A model generated the notes under the pieces. The model made no database searches. It was not told the origin of the DNA and saw only the letters and a program-made list of their open reading frames with translations. This document shows positions 1 through 13,657 of a stretch of DNA of 64,000 bases, one piece after another. Each line of letters starts with the position of its first letter. Within the stretch, counting starts at the first letter, position 1. Both the position numbers and the translations under genes were made by a program. The DNA comes from Octopus vulgaris (lineage: Eukaryota), in contig OX597818.1 of NCBI GenBank assembly GCA_951406725.2, positions 115,258,001-115,322,000 on the forward strand, given 5' to 3'.

Positions 1-1680
1 ATAGATTTTTTTTTATGTGAAAGCCTTATTAAAAATGTTGAAAATATACACACATCCTCTTTACTCTAGATGTCAAAACCTACACACTGGATGGATAATT
101 GCTTTTCTATATTCGGTTAAAAGCTTATCGAATACAGTTACGGAAGCTGCACTTAAAATCATCTCAACGAGAAGATTACAAAAATTTAAAAGCTGCGTAC
201 ACAAAAAACATCTGGCATTATTCTTCCTTAAAAAGGCAGTAAATACGAACTGGACCATTGAAACCTTTCCTTACAAATATCTCGAAAATGGAGCTAGGTT
301 TCATTCATGTGTGTTATAATCCTTTCTACTGTAAGCACAAGGCCTGAAATTTTGGGAGAGTGGTTTAGTCGATTACATCGACCCCAGTGCTTAACTGGTA
401 TTTTTCATCGATCTTCAAGGGAATGAAAGGCAAAGTTGACTTCGACAGAATTTGAACTCAGAACGTCGAGCCGGAAGAAACACCGCTTAGCATTTTGCCT
501 TGCGTGCTAACGATGTTGCTAACTCGCCGCTTTAATGTAACTAAATATTGCTATCGAATTTTTGTACGGGGTCAGTACTTTCCGAGGAGGGGGTCAAGTC
601 GATTACATCGACCCCAGTGTTCGACTTCTACTTTTTTTTTAGTCTGCGATCCCTCGAAAGTATGCAAGGCAAAGTTGACCTCGGCTGAATTTGAACTCAG
701 AGCGTAGTCGAGAGAAGACATTATTCAATACCGCTGATTCTTTATTTAGTCAATTCTAGAATGATGAACGGCTAAGTCAACCTTAGTACGATTTGAACAC
801 AGTTTGTGAAGAGAAATTATTAGAAACATCTGCATCTAATCTGTCCGTATGCCTCTCAGGCTGTGTTTTGAATCTGGACTTTGCACCTGGTCATTCGAAC
901 TTACTACCAGCGAGCCAGCGAGGAGGCACTATATATGTCCACTACATATTTGCGCGTGGAGGCACATGGCCTAGTGGATAGAGTAGCGGACTCGTGGTCA
1001 AGGGATCGCAGGTTCGAATCTCAGACAGGGCGATGCGTGTGTTTATGAGCGAAACACCTAAGCTCCACGCGGCTCCGGCAAAAGGTAATGGCGAAATTCT
1101 GCTGACTCTTTCGCCACAACTTTCTCTCACTCTTTCCTCCTGAATCTTGCAGCTCACCTGCGTCGGACCGGCGTCCCGTCCATGTAGGGGAATTATACGC
1201 CAAGGAAACCGGGAAACCGGCCCACTTTAGATTATTATAAGACATATCCAAAGTGCTAGCATGCAGGATCGAAGCCAGGAATATGTAACAGCCTAATTGG
1301 TCTCTAATTACACGGCAGTGCCTGCACGAGAAGACATGTTTAGAGGATCCTCAAGTACTTTCGTTAGTTCTTCAAAACATGATTGCGTAGATTGTTGCTG
1401 TTTACTGTCGGCACTCGGCTAATACTACTCACAAAATAAATGTTGATTTGGAAGCAATTATTATTAATTGCCTTTCTAATTAAATCCATCCTAATTAATA
1501 CTTAATTGATGCAGCAATGGTGTCAGGGTACTTCCGCTGTGATGAAATATATAAATATAAAGGACACACGTATTGACATATACATACATATACATATATA
1601 TATACATATACATGCATACATACATACACACACATACATATACACATATACAAACATACATATATACATACATACATATA

Positions 1681-1715
<35 letters not shown>

Positions 1716-2244
1716 TGTGTGTGTGTGTGGGTCTGTGTGTGTGTGTGTGTGGTGGAGGCGCAATGGCCTAGTGGTTAGGGCAGCGGACTCGAGGTCGTAG
1801 GATCGCGGTTTCGATTCCCAGACCGGGCGTTCTGAATGTTTATTGAGCAAAACCACCTAAAGCTCCACGAGGCCCTGGCAGGGGGTGGTGGCGATCCCTG
1901 CTGTCCTCTTTTGCCACAACTTTGTCTCACACTTTCTTCTGTTGGCCTGCTCACTTAGCCAGCAGGGTGGCGTCATTTGAAGGCTAAAACAATGCGAAGC
2001 GCATTGTGACCAGCAATGTGTAGCAACATCTGATAGCCTGGTCGGTCACGTGATCACGTGATATAAAAATGAAGAGATATATATATATATAATGAGGAGG
2101 TGGCTGTGTGGTAATCAGGTTGCTTACTAACACCGGTTCAGTCCCACTGCGTGGCACCTTGGGCAAGTGTCTTCTACTATAGCCTCGGGCCGACCATAGC
2201 CTTGTGAGTGGATTTGGTTGACGGAAACTGAAAGAAGCCCGTCG

Positions 2245-2275
<31 letters not shown>

Positions 2276-2484
2276 GTGTGTGTGTGTTTGTGTGTGTCTG
2301 TGTTTGTCCCCCCAACATCGAGTGACAACCGATGGTGGTGTGTTTACGTCCCCGTAACTTAGCGGTTCGGCAAAAGAGATTTGGTTGACGGAAACTGAAA
2401 GAAGCCCGTTATTATATATATATATATATATATATAATGATAAAATATATATATATATAGACATATATATATATATTATATACA

Positions 2485-2587
<103 letters not shown>

Positions 2588-2942
2588 ATGAAACATAAAT
2601 TTTGTACATATATATATTTGTAGATATATATATATACTCTTTTACTCTCTTTTACTTGTTTCAGTCATGTGACTGTGGCCAAGCTAAGTTACGGGGACGT
2701 AAACACACCACCATCGGTTGTCAAGCGATGTTGGGGGGACAAACACAGACACGCACAAACACACACAGACATATATATACATATACATATATACGACGGG
2801 CTTCTTTCAGTTTCCGTCTACCAAATCCACTCACAAGGCTTTGGTCGGCCTCAGGCTATAGTAGAAGACATTTGCCCAAGATGCAACGCAGTGGGACTGA
2901 ACCCGGAACCATATGGTTGGTAAGCAAGCTACTTACCGCACA

Positions 2943-2982
<40 letters not shown>

Positions 2983-3240
2983 GATAAAATATATATATAT
3001 TTATACATATATACATTTGTGTGTGTGTATTTATATATATATATAAATGATGAAATATATATTTATACATACATATATTTGTATATATATATATATAAAT
3101 GATGAAATATATATATTTATATATATATACATTTGTATATATAAATATATGTAAATATATATAAATGATGAAATATATATATCTATATATATATACATTT
3201 GTATGTGTATATATATATAAATGATGAAATATATATATTT

Positions 3241-3303
<63 letters not shown>

Positions 3304-3376
3304 CATATATATATATATATTTGTATGTGTATGTATATATATATATATATATATAAATGATGAAATATATATATTT

Positions 3377-3447
<71 letters not shown>

Positions 3448-3614
3448 TATACACACGTACATTTAGAAGCATGTTTACACGTTAAATGATGATGATGATT
3501 GTGTGTGTGCATGTGTGTGTATGTTTGTAAGTATGTATGTATGCATGTATGTATGTACATCGTATGTACATACATAAATATATTCAACCTGCTTAGTGAG
3601 AGTGGTTTTTAGAC

Positions 3615-3765
3615 ATCATCTATCCTCATCTTGTTGCTAACACAACGTTTCGGCTTATATACCCTCCAGCCTTCATCAGGTGCCTTGAGGAAATTTCGAA
3701 CCTGGGTTCTCCTTCCTAAGGTAGTTTCAATGTTGCTGTTGTTGTTGTTATTATTATTATTATTA

Positions 3766-3829
<64 letters not shown>

Positions 3830-4126
3830 CATCATCATTATTATATGCCCGCGGGCATATGGCGTAGTGGTTAAGATCGCGGGCTACTAACCCCAAGATT
3901 CCGCGTTCGATTCCAAGCAGTGACCTGAATAATAATAATAATAATAATGATGACGATAACATTGAAGAAATACCTTAGGAATGGGAACCTAGGTTCGAAA
4001 TTTCCCCAAGACACCTGATGAAGGCTGGAGGGTATATCAGCCGAAACGTTGTGTTAACAACAAACTAGATGAGGACAAATATCTGTAAATAATGTACGTA
4101 ATTCCACATCTCTTAAATATAGAACT
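3615..4126 (+). mobile_element. tRNA-headed SINE-like element with hammerhead tail and 5' inverted duplication
   Basis: tRNA-like head ~3851-3927 (A box TGGCGTAGTGG, B box GTTCGATTCC), then (AAT)n and a tail at 3957-4126. 3622-3843 is an inverted copy of the tail plus (ATT)n. Confidence 0.7.
4011..4054 (+). ncRNA. Minimal hammerhead-like motif
   Basis: ACAC-CTGATGA-A-GGCTG(10-nt loop)CAGCC-GAAA-CG-TT-GTGT; inverted copy on the minus strand at 3641-3682. Confidence 0.65.
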
Positions 4127-4216
4127 GTAAGCACTTTCTTTTCAATAATCGAAAATTTCCAAAAACACAAACAAAAAAGAAAACGTTTGTGTGGCCGAAT
4201 GTGCGTTTGTACTCAC

Positions 4217-4429
4217 TGTTATGCCCGAGATCGCTCCTGACATCTTTCACCGCTTTTTGTATCTGTTCATCGCTGACAACATCCAGTTGTATTACTTTGC
4301 TCTTCGAGGACATCTTTTCTCGCAACATGTTCGCGCCAGTTCCATCCGCAAAAAGACAACAAGCATACACAGAAAAGCCTTTCTGATCCAATTTCATGGC
4401 CAGTTCATGGCCAAATCCAGTATCACAAC
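4217..4429 (-). CDS. SDR9C-like dehydrogenase, coding exon 2 (remaining exons apparently left of the window)
   Basis: Acceptor ttctattatag|GT. Encodes (G)CDTGFGHELAMKLDQKGFSVYACCLFADGTGANMLREKMSSKSKVIQLDVVSDEQIQKAVKDVRSDLGHN, with the TGxxxGxG and LDV motifs of classical SDRs. Donor AACA|gtgagt at 4217/4216. Confidence 0.9.
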
Positions 4430-5424
4430 CTATAATAGAAGTGGGAAGATATTTCTTTATAATGAGGGAATCTCTAGAGATAATAACTCTAAAAGTGATT
4501 TAATAGCACTGCTAACACAGATAAGACACAGTACTGACTTAGAAGCCTTTAAAATACTTGGTTGATATATTATATGATTGTAAAACGAAGGGGCGGGGAA
4601 AGACTTAGGCCCCCCAAAACCCTTTTTTACAGTTTTTTCGACATAAGCCCCCGTTTTCGGCTACGAGAATCTGCAAAAAAATCGGCAAAAATCGGCATTT
4701 TTAAATTACCACCCCCATTTCCTTCGTTTTTTGGGTTTTTTACTTTTTTCAGAATTGTTTTTTTCAAAAGATGCAAAATAAATATGGAGATTATGATTCT
4801 GAAAAAAATTTCAAAAACTTTTTGTGAAATTTTTTTAAAGATTTTTTTTTTCTAAATAAATGGGAAAATACGGACATTACGACCTTGCGTTTCCCCCTTT
4901 GCGGGGGGTTGCGGTCGAGGAAATAAGTACCAGTTGAACTTTGGGGTCGATGTAAACGACTCCCCCCAAAAACCAGATCTTGTGCCAAAAGATTAGTAAG
5001 AATTATTTAAATTATATCATTATAAGCTAAATATTCTTGATTAGTTGCCCTGAGTTTCACGCTACCAATTATCCAAACAACTGAAAGAAACAAAAACAGA
5101 TACGCACAAATATTCCTAAATATATAAAGATGTGATTAATTATCGAGATTTTATTGGTCTTTCATCCCACGCAAACACACACAGAAAATATTCGAAATGT
5201 ATGTCAGCCATTCAGTTGTCATATGCAGGATATGTGATGCATTTATTTTGTCACATGCACACGCACGAGAAATATAATTATTGAGCTTAATAATTATAAA
5301 ATGAGAAGTAGAATGTTAATTAGCGTCTGACAAAAATTAAGAGTCTCCTCTTTCACCATTTCCTTCCAATCGGATTCTTGTAATTTAATTTAACACACAG
5401 GATTTCAGATGTACTCCGAATATT

Positions 5425-5745
5425 ACTTACTCACTTAAGCCTTTGGATCATAAGCCATCGACGACCTTTCTTCACTGCCCCTCGATTTTGGATTGTCTTA
5501 AGGCATTTCTCTCGCAGGGTCTGTTGATTCTTAATTGTAATTCATACTTTTGCAACTCTTCGTTTTTTCCTAATCAAATCCCATTTTACATATGGAAAGA
5601 AAGGGTTCATATTAGTCAATCCTCAATCTTTTGACCTGTCCAACAAGGGAGGAGTCCCTACAAAGATCTTGTACTCCACTGGCGCAGCTCTCAGGGTCAT
5701 TGAGACACACAAGCCCCAACATCGCGATAAGGACTGGACCTTGCA
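5425..5745 (-). mobile_element. Short non-autonomous RTE-derived element (5' UTR-like part joined to 3' tail)
   Basis: The plus strand shows gcagctctcagggtcattgagacacacaagcccc (RTE 5'-UTR-like, reversed) and a (TAAG)n-like tail at 5425. Confidence 0.35.
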
Positions 5746-6349
5746 GTGGACACCGAGTTTTGAACCAGCCTTAAACAGTTTGTTGTCTCATGAAAGTCAA
5801 AAGCAGAGCAGGGTAATACTATAAGATTGCATTCACATTTTGGCACAAGGCCAGCAATTTTGTGAGAGTGGGGTAAGTCGATGACATCGACCCGAGTGTT
5901 CAGTTTTATCAACTCTGAAAAGATGTAAGGCAAAGTCGACCTCAGCGAAATTTGAACTCAAAACTTTAAGTCAGAAGAAATGCCGGTTAAGGAATTTTCC
6001 TAGCACGGTAACGCTTCAGCCAGTTTATCCCCTTAAGATTAGCACCAAAACCCGAATGACTTATTCGGAATTCATAGTTTGCACGCATTCAGTCTAAGAG
6101 TGGCGGATCTCGGCTGTGCTCTGAGTACTGGATCAACCTTCACAACTCGGTCGTTCATACAAGTTGAATGGAGTATAGTATAGAGATAATAACCTAACAT
6201 TTATCGCATAACTCTTAAACTGGGTCACTTGCCACTCGGTTAATAACGACACAATACCAGAGCGACGGGAACGTCAGAATACACGGTGGGTAATTTACTC
6301 GTTAGCTTTCTCTTCCAAAACGTTGTTTGCCTTGTTTTTAACCCCTCCC

Positions 6350-6415
<66 letters not shown>

Positions 6416-6918
6416 GGTATTTCCTGACTCATAAAAAAACTTAGCATTTGCACCACTGTGAATTGCATTGTTCGCGTTCGTATCGAGAATTCACCCTAAT
6501 TCTTTTCGCAAGTCCTAAGATTCCCGACTTTCTTTCGTTTTCACCCACAATAACGTCAAATTCAATCACATGGAATCACATGAATGTTCGTTAATTTCCA
6601 TAAAATATTTTATTTATTTACTTTCAACTCTATTGATTTGTAGTCAGTCACAAACACACACACACACAAACACACACCTACACCCATTATCTTTCATATA
6701 CACGTACATACATAAATACATATGCATACAGCTTTTTTGTATGTATATGTGCATATTAGCTACACATATATACGTATACATTTACACACGTCTATGTGTG
6801 TATATGCATAGATAACTAACAGACGGACAAACAGACAAATGTTTACAAGCGTACATACAAAAGCACACATTCACCCATGTGTGTGTGTGTGTAAAAGGTT
6901 GAAAAGGAATACACGAGT

Positions 6919-6958
<40 letters not shown>

Positions 6959-6960
<2 letters not shown>

Positions 6961-7156
6961 AAAAAGTCAAGATAGGAAATGCTAAAATAATTTTATAAAA
7001 AAGAATTTCAGTACCGGTTTCGGTCATGGAGACTTATTCAACTGTTTCTCTAACTGTCTCTGTCTCTCTTAGTTGAAAAAGTCTCAATGACCGAAACCGG
7101 TACTGAAATGTTTTTTATTTAAATTATTTTAGCATTTTCTACCTTGACTTTTTTCC
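6959..7156. mobile_element. ~200-bp fold-back element in (TA)n with degenerate hammerhead motifs
   Basis: Arms 6959-7043 and 7071-7156. The plus arm reads AG-TTGAAAAA-GTC..GAC-C-GAAA-CCGG-TA-CT. (TA)n on both sides. Confidence 0.6.
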
Positions 7157-7191
<35 letters not shown>

Positions 7192-7568
7192 CGTGGCACT
7201 CCGTCTTTTACGACGACGAAGGTTCCAGTTGATCCAATCAACGGAAGAGCCTGCTCGTGAAATTAACATGTAAGTGGCTGAGCACTCCACGGACACGTGT
7301 ACCCTTAACGTAGTTCTCGGGGAGGTTCAGCGTGGCACAGAGTGTGGCAAGGCTGGCCCTTTTGAAATACAGGTACAACAGAAATAGGAAGAAAGAGATA
7401 GAGAAAGTTGTGGTGAAAGAACACAGCAGAGTTCACCACCACCCCCTGCCAGAGCCACGTGGAGCTTTACAACGCCCGATCTGGGAATAGAAACCGCGAT
7501 TACCGACCGCGAGTCCGTTGCCCTAACCAATGGGCCATTGCTAATATATATCTATCTATATAACTATC

Positions 7569-7642
<74 letters not shown>

Positions 7643-7685
7643 TAGATATACATATACATACACAGATATACATATACATACACAT

Positions 7686-7748
<63 letters not shown>

Positions 7749-8195
7749 CATACATATATACACACATACATACACACAAACATATACATGCATGTTGTGT
7801 ATATGTATACGTATATATGTGTGGCTATATGCATATATACACACAAAAAAAAAGAGGTATGAATATGTATTTATATATGTACCCGTATATGAAAGATGTT
7901 GGGTGTAGGTGTATGTTCGTGAGCGTGTGTAACTGGCTACAAATGCATAGAGCTGAACATGGGGCGCGAAAAGTAAAGAAAATAAATAAATAAAATTTAC
8001 GGAAATTGACGAACAATCATATGATCCCACGTGATCGAGTCTAACGTTTATGCGGGTGAAAACGAAAGAAAGACAGATTGGCAGATTTAACTTACTAATA
8101 TAAATTTACCATTTTACGAGTTCTTTCAACGAGTATGCGAATTGTGAATTGCATTGTTTTGTTCGCATTGGGAATCCATGTCTACCACCTGCCAC

Positions 8196-8257
<62 letters not shown>

Positions 8258-9747
8258 TCTCCTCTCCATCTTTTTGTCTCGCTTTCTCAGATTTCCTTAC
8301 TTATTTCACGAGTTCTTTCTCCGAGTGTGAATTGCTGAGCCTCTCTCTGGACATATAATCGAGACCTACCTCAGGCAGATACTTCAACCGATCATTTGTA
8401 GAAAGAGACAAACAACTACAAGAAAATTCAATTAACCTTTTTTTTAATTTTTTTTAGGAAAAACAGATATAATACGTGGATAATCGACAGCTGATACGTC
8501 ATACAATAATCTTCACATTCACTCGTTGCTTTTCGCATCTAAATAAATTAAACCACTTAACTGATATACGTAGCACAGACCAACAAGGGTTGTGCCATAA
8601 ATAAGCCGTCGAAGTATTTGGGTTTTTTTAAAAAAACATTACCATTCTATCGTTCGCCATTTCTGTACAAACACATGCACACGCACCCATACATAAACAG
8701 ATACATATCCACAAACTATAATATGGACACGAAGAGAGGCGTGCAAGCAACTACGTGTATGTTCGTTTGTGTGTGTGTGAGTGCGCACACGTGCATGTTT
8801 TATTTATAAATGATTTTACTTTCACTTTCGATATGAAAGCCTTGCGCGTTACTGCTGTTGTTTAGCCTCTAATCAACGCAGATTTAACAAGCCTATGATC
8901 AAAGGAAACCCAGCTATGACCATCTCGTCTTTTTAAGAGCATCTAGCATAAATTCTCCACTGTGTTCTTTGCTTTCCCAAGACAGCAAAGCATGATTTGA
9001 GAATTATTTGGTTATTAGTTCCAGCAGGTCAAGAGACTCCATATAGGCACTCCCTTAGCTCACTCCCTCGTTTTTATTGTCACTTGTGACTTGTCGTTGT
9101 TGTTGCTGTAGGTGGTGACGGTGGTGGTGGTGATTGTGTGTATGTGTGCATGAATATATTGTTTCACTGAGTATTTTACTTATCGACTCCAACAGATTGA
9201 TTTGAGTAACACTGAGCATCCATCACATTTCACGATCTAATCTTTGCTATACTCTACGACATTCTAACCACTCCATCTTCGAACATATCGTATCGATGAT
9301 GTATTAAACTCCTTTACATAGAAAACTTAAGTTACAAGATTGTTCTCCTGAAAATGACCATGTGGTCTTGGGTTCAGTCCCACTGCACTGCACCTTAGGC
9401 AAGTGGTGTCTTCTACTATCGCCCCAGTCACATCAAAGCCCCGAGAGTGGATTTCGTAGACGGAAACGGAAAGAAGATTACCGTATATGTGTATGCATGT
9501 ATACATACGTATATATGAAAAATGCATTAAATATTACAAAACTTACGCGAAGGACAGACACAGAAGGACCCTCACTCTTCATCAGTTATCGACCAAAATA
9601 CTAATACTCAGTTTCGTGCCTTTAACGAAATGATGAACAATTCGGGTCCTTCTTTGTCTGTCCTGCGTGTACGCTTTGTAGTATTTAATGCATTTTTTAT
9701 TTATTGAGTAACTGAATGCCACGCATCCTGACTTTTGTTAACAGTAA

Positions 9748-9792
<45 letters not shown>

Positions 9793-10716
9793 TGTGTGTG
9801 TGCGTGTGTGCGTGTGTACATGTGTGTACGTGTGTATTTATCCCCCACCACTGCTTCACAACCGATGTTAGTTCGTTTATGTAACTGTAACTCAATGGCA
9901 TAAAAACCAGTGTTAAAAATAAGTTCTGGGGTTGACATTTTCGACTAAACACTTCCAGACGGTGCCCCAGCATGGGCTCAGTGCAAAGACTGAAACTAAT
10001 AAAAGATAAAAGGTGGTATTGTATGGTCTCTCACTTGTAATATAGTGAGTCGTAAGACGTTCATTCAATTGATATTATTCAAGCAATACGTAGGCAAAAC
10101 CTCCTTGTACGGAGCAAGGGAGGTAACTCTACGAAGTTCAGTTAATAGAAATTTGGAGGAAAATTAACTGCAATTGATGTGGTTTTTACAATAAACTTTC
10201 TATATCAGAACATGTTTTTCTGTTATGAGACCTCATCAGTGGAACATTTTATTCAGTGACAATAAAAGTGATCAATGTGTGTGTATATATGTGTGTGTGT
10301 GTGCGTGCGTGCGTGCGTGTGTGTGTGTGCATGCATACATGAGTATATATATATGTGTGTGTGTGTGTGGTGAGGTACATGAACATATATATATATATGT
10401 ATATATATAGGCTTGAACTAAATGTATTATTTTGTAGTCTATATATGCATATCTATATATATACATATATTCTCTCTCATCTCTCTTTTACTTGTTTCAG
10501 TCATTTGACTGCAGCCATGCTGGAGCACCGCATTTAGTCGAGCAAATCGACCGCAGGACTTATTCTTTTCAAGCCTAGTAGTTATTTTATTAGACTCTTT
10601 TGCCGAATTGCTAAGTTACAGGTACGTAAACACACAGGCATCGGTTGTCAAGTGATGTTGGGGGGGACAAACATAGGCACACAAACATACACACACACAC
10701 ACACACACATATATAA

Positions 10717-10779
<63 letters not shown>

Positions 10780-10826
10780 TACATATATATATATACATGT
10801 ATACATATATATATACATATATATAC

Positions 10827-10958
<132 letters not shown>

Positions 10959-11408
10959 CATACGACGGGCTTCTTTCAGTTTCCGTCTACCAAATCCACT
11001 CACAAGGCTTTGGTCGGCCCGAGGCTATAGTAGAAGACATTTGCCCGAGGTGCCACGCAGTGGGAATGAATCCGGAACCATGTGGTTGGTAAGCCAGCTA
11101 CTTACCACACAGCCACTCCTGCGATGAAAAATGCATTAAGTACTACAAAACGTACATGTAGGACAGAGACAAGGACCCTAACCCTTCCTTAGTTATCGAC
11201 CAAAAATACTAATACCCAGTTTCGTGCCTTTAACGATAAGACTGGGAACTTTGTATATGGGCGGCATCCGCAAGATTTACGTAGAATTAGGGCTCGAGTA
11301 AACACGACAATACAGGGCGGACATACGATTGTAAACAAGTGTAATTTGAAACGATCGACGATGACGGAATAAAGCCTTTTGGCCAAACACGAGAACATAC
11401 ATACAATT

Positions 11409-11448
<40 letters not shown>

Positions 11449-13413
11449 CAACACACACACATACATGCACACATATATATACATACATCCGCCTACGCAC
11501 ACACATATAAGCTTGTATTAAATCTATTATTTTGTGACCTAGTAGTAGCATGTACATCGTTAATTCCTAGAATGGGTGATGAACAGATACCATCATTGTT
11601 CTTCTATATATAAGTGCACTACTTAGGATATAGTGATAAGGAATACTATGTGGTTGAGTATAAAAACTATGTGTTTGTTACTAAAATATGACAGCAACAG
11701 GATGTTCTCAATCAGGTACTATGTATAATAATAGAACCTTGAACTGATCTAATGAAGAAGCAACCAGTTTGTGGTCGCTAGACATACTAGAAATAACATT
11801 CAAGCTTTCTTCAGTTTACACCTACCTGTCTTATATTGTGTCTGAAATAAGAGACTGTCGTGACCAGAGCACCTTTGATTATACAAGTATGACAAGTTAT
11901 GGTTGACCTGTCGACAACAAAAGCAGCAAGTTTTATGCATAAGTGATACCATAGAGCAGTGTATGTTTTTATGCTTTTCTCAAAAACATTAACAGTGTAA
12001 ATGGAAATATTCAAGCAAGGAATATAAGGTGCGATCCCAGAAATTTTTCGAAGGGAGGACACAAGGCCAGAAGGGAAATACAATTCCAGGAGAAAAGTAC
12101 GTAATAACATTATTCAGAAGGGCGCACTTCTTTTCTTGAAGAGACACGTGCCCCTCAGCTCCCCCCCCCCCTTGGGTCCGCCCCTCAATATAACCCAATT
12201 CAACGTGAGTGTATTCTGAATCAGCTACGACGACAAATGAAAATATTGGTTTCTTTGACTGGTATAAAGGTATCGTACATTCGTGTATTTTGTACGAGCT
12301 TAATTTTAAGGTTTTTGTCTTTAATGAATAAATGAATGAATTATCATTTAACAACCGAGAAAAATGTGTTTTATTTTTATACAATATTTGTGTCCATGGC
12401 ATTTGAATGGTCAAGAGTTCTGGGTTTGTTACAATGTTTGACCATTTCAGTTATCAAGGAATTTAGACCTTTTATTAGCAGCCCAATACAGACCACTAGG
12501 TCAATTCTGCGCAGACCAAAAGTTTTGTGCTCAGATTTCGGTGAATGAGTTTTCGAGAAATTATGGAGGATTCTCATAGTGAGCGATCGATCTGCATTGT
12601 TTCTTACAGTAAGCATATCAGAGCATTAACAGATGATGATATTAAATACTGTTTCACATGAACTTCTATCTCTCGAAAATATGTTGTTCGCCTGTGTATA
12701 TTTTACAGCAAAACAATATTGTTATAGATATGAGAACGAAACAGTGCTTCACTGAATTTCTATTTCTTGAAAATCTGTTGTCTGCCTGCGATCAGAAAAT
12801 GCAATTGTGCTGCATGATGTTGAATACCTATTTATTTACTACCCAAAAGGGGCTAAAAAACAGAGGGGACAAACAAGAACAGAGAGAGGAATTAAGTCGA
12901 TCACATCGACTCCAGTACATAACTGGTACTTAATTTATCGACCTCGAAAGGACGAAAAGCAAAGTCGACCTCGACGGAATTTGAACTCAGAAAGTAGCGA
13001 ACTCAGAAAGTAGCGGCGTGCTAACGTTTCTGCCAGCTCGCCGCGTTGATGTTGAATACCTGATAATAAAGTAAGCATTAACCAAACAATGTTGATATCG
13101 ATATGAGCATATAAGTTTCAAGTTTGCTCCTTCATAGATCATTTAGGTTGAAAACCAGAAAAAAATTATTTCCTATTTTTAGACGATTTGCAACATCAGG
13201 TCACACTTAATAGGCCAGCTACGTATACTACTACTACCAGTGGGTTTAGAATGCATTTTAGTATCGATTCGAACGGCTATTCAACTAATAATCCCAGATA
13301 AGACATTGAATTGCATTTGGTGGTAAGGGTCCAGCTCGGCTTGTTCAGGAGGGTAGGATGCATGGAATTACCTTTTTGTCATCACTAATCAGATATCAGT
13401 TCTAATCCTTAGT

Positions 13414-13657
13414 AACAAGAGGTCAGTAATAGTTCGAGGAGAAGATAGTCCCGTGGCAAATATATGCGGGGCTCGCAAGAGGGCCTTAGTGGTTATACAT
13501 AACAAGGGCTCAGTGATAGCTGGAAGAGAAGATAGTCCCGTGGCAAATGTATGTGGGGCTCGCAAGAGGGCCTTAGTGGTAATACATAAAAAGGGCTCAG
13601 TAACAGCTGGAAGAGCAGATAGTCCCGTGGCTAAGGCATGCAGGGCTCAGAAGAGGG
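13414..13657. repeat. 87-bp minisatellite, ~2.8 copies
   Basis: g(a/c)agatagtcccgtggc recurs at 13441, 13528 and 13615. Confidence 0.9.

Noticed and set aside
955-1030. tRNA-like sequences (also 1752-1825, 3851-3927, 56495-56570)
   Set aside because: These are SINE heads continuing into repeat bodies; acceptor stems are imperfect, so they are not called tRNA genes.
4580-4990. Homopolymer-rich stretch with a 97-aa ORF (similar texture near 26940-27220 and 27530-27860)
   Set aside because: It includes a SINE B copy distorted by run-length changes; more likely low-accuracy consensus or decayed repeat than a gene.
13414-13657. Possible CRISPR-like array
   Set aside because: Contiguous tandem units with no unique spacers, eukaryotic context and no cas genes.
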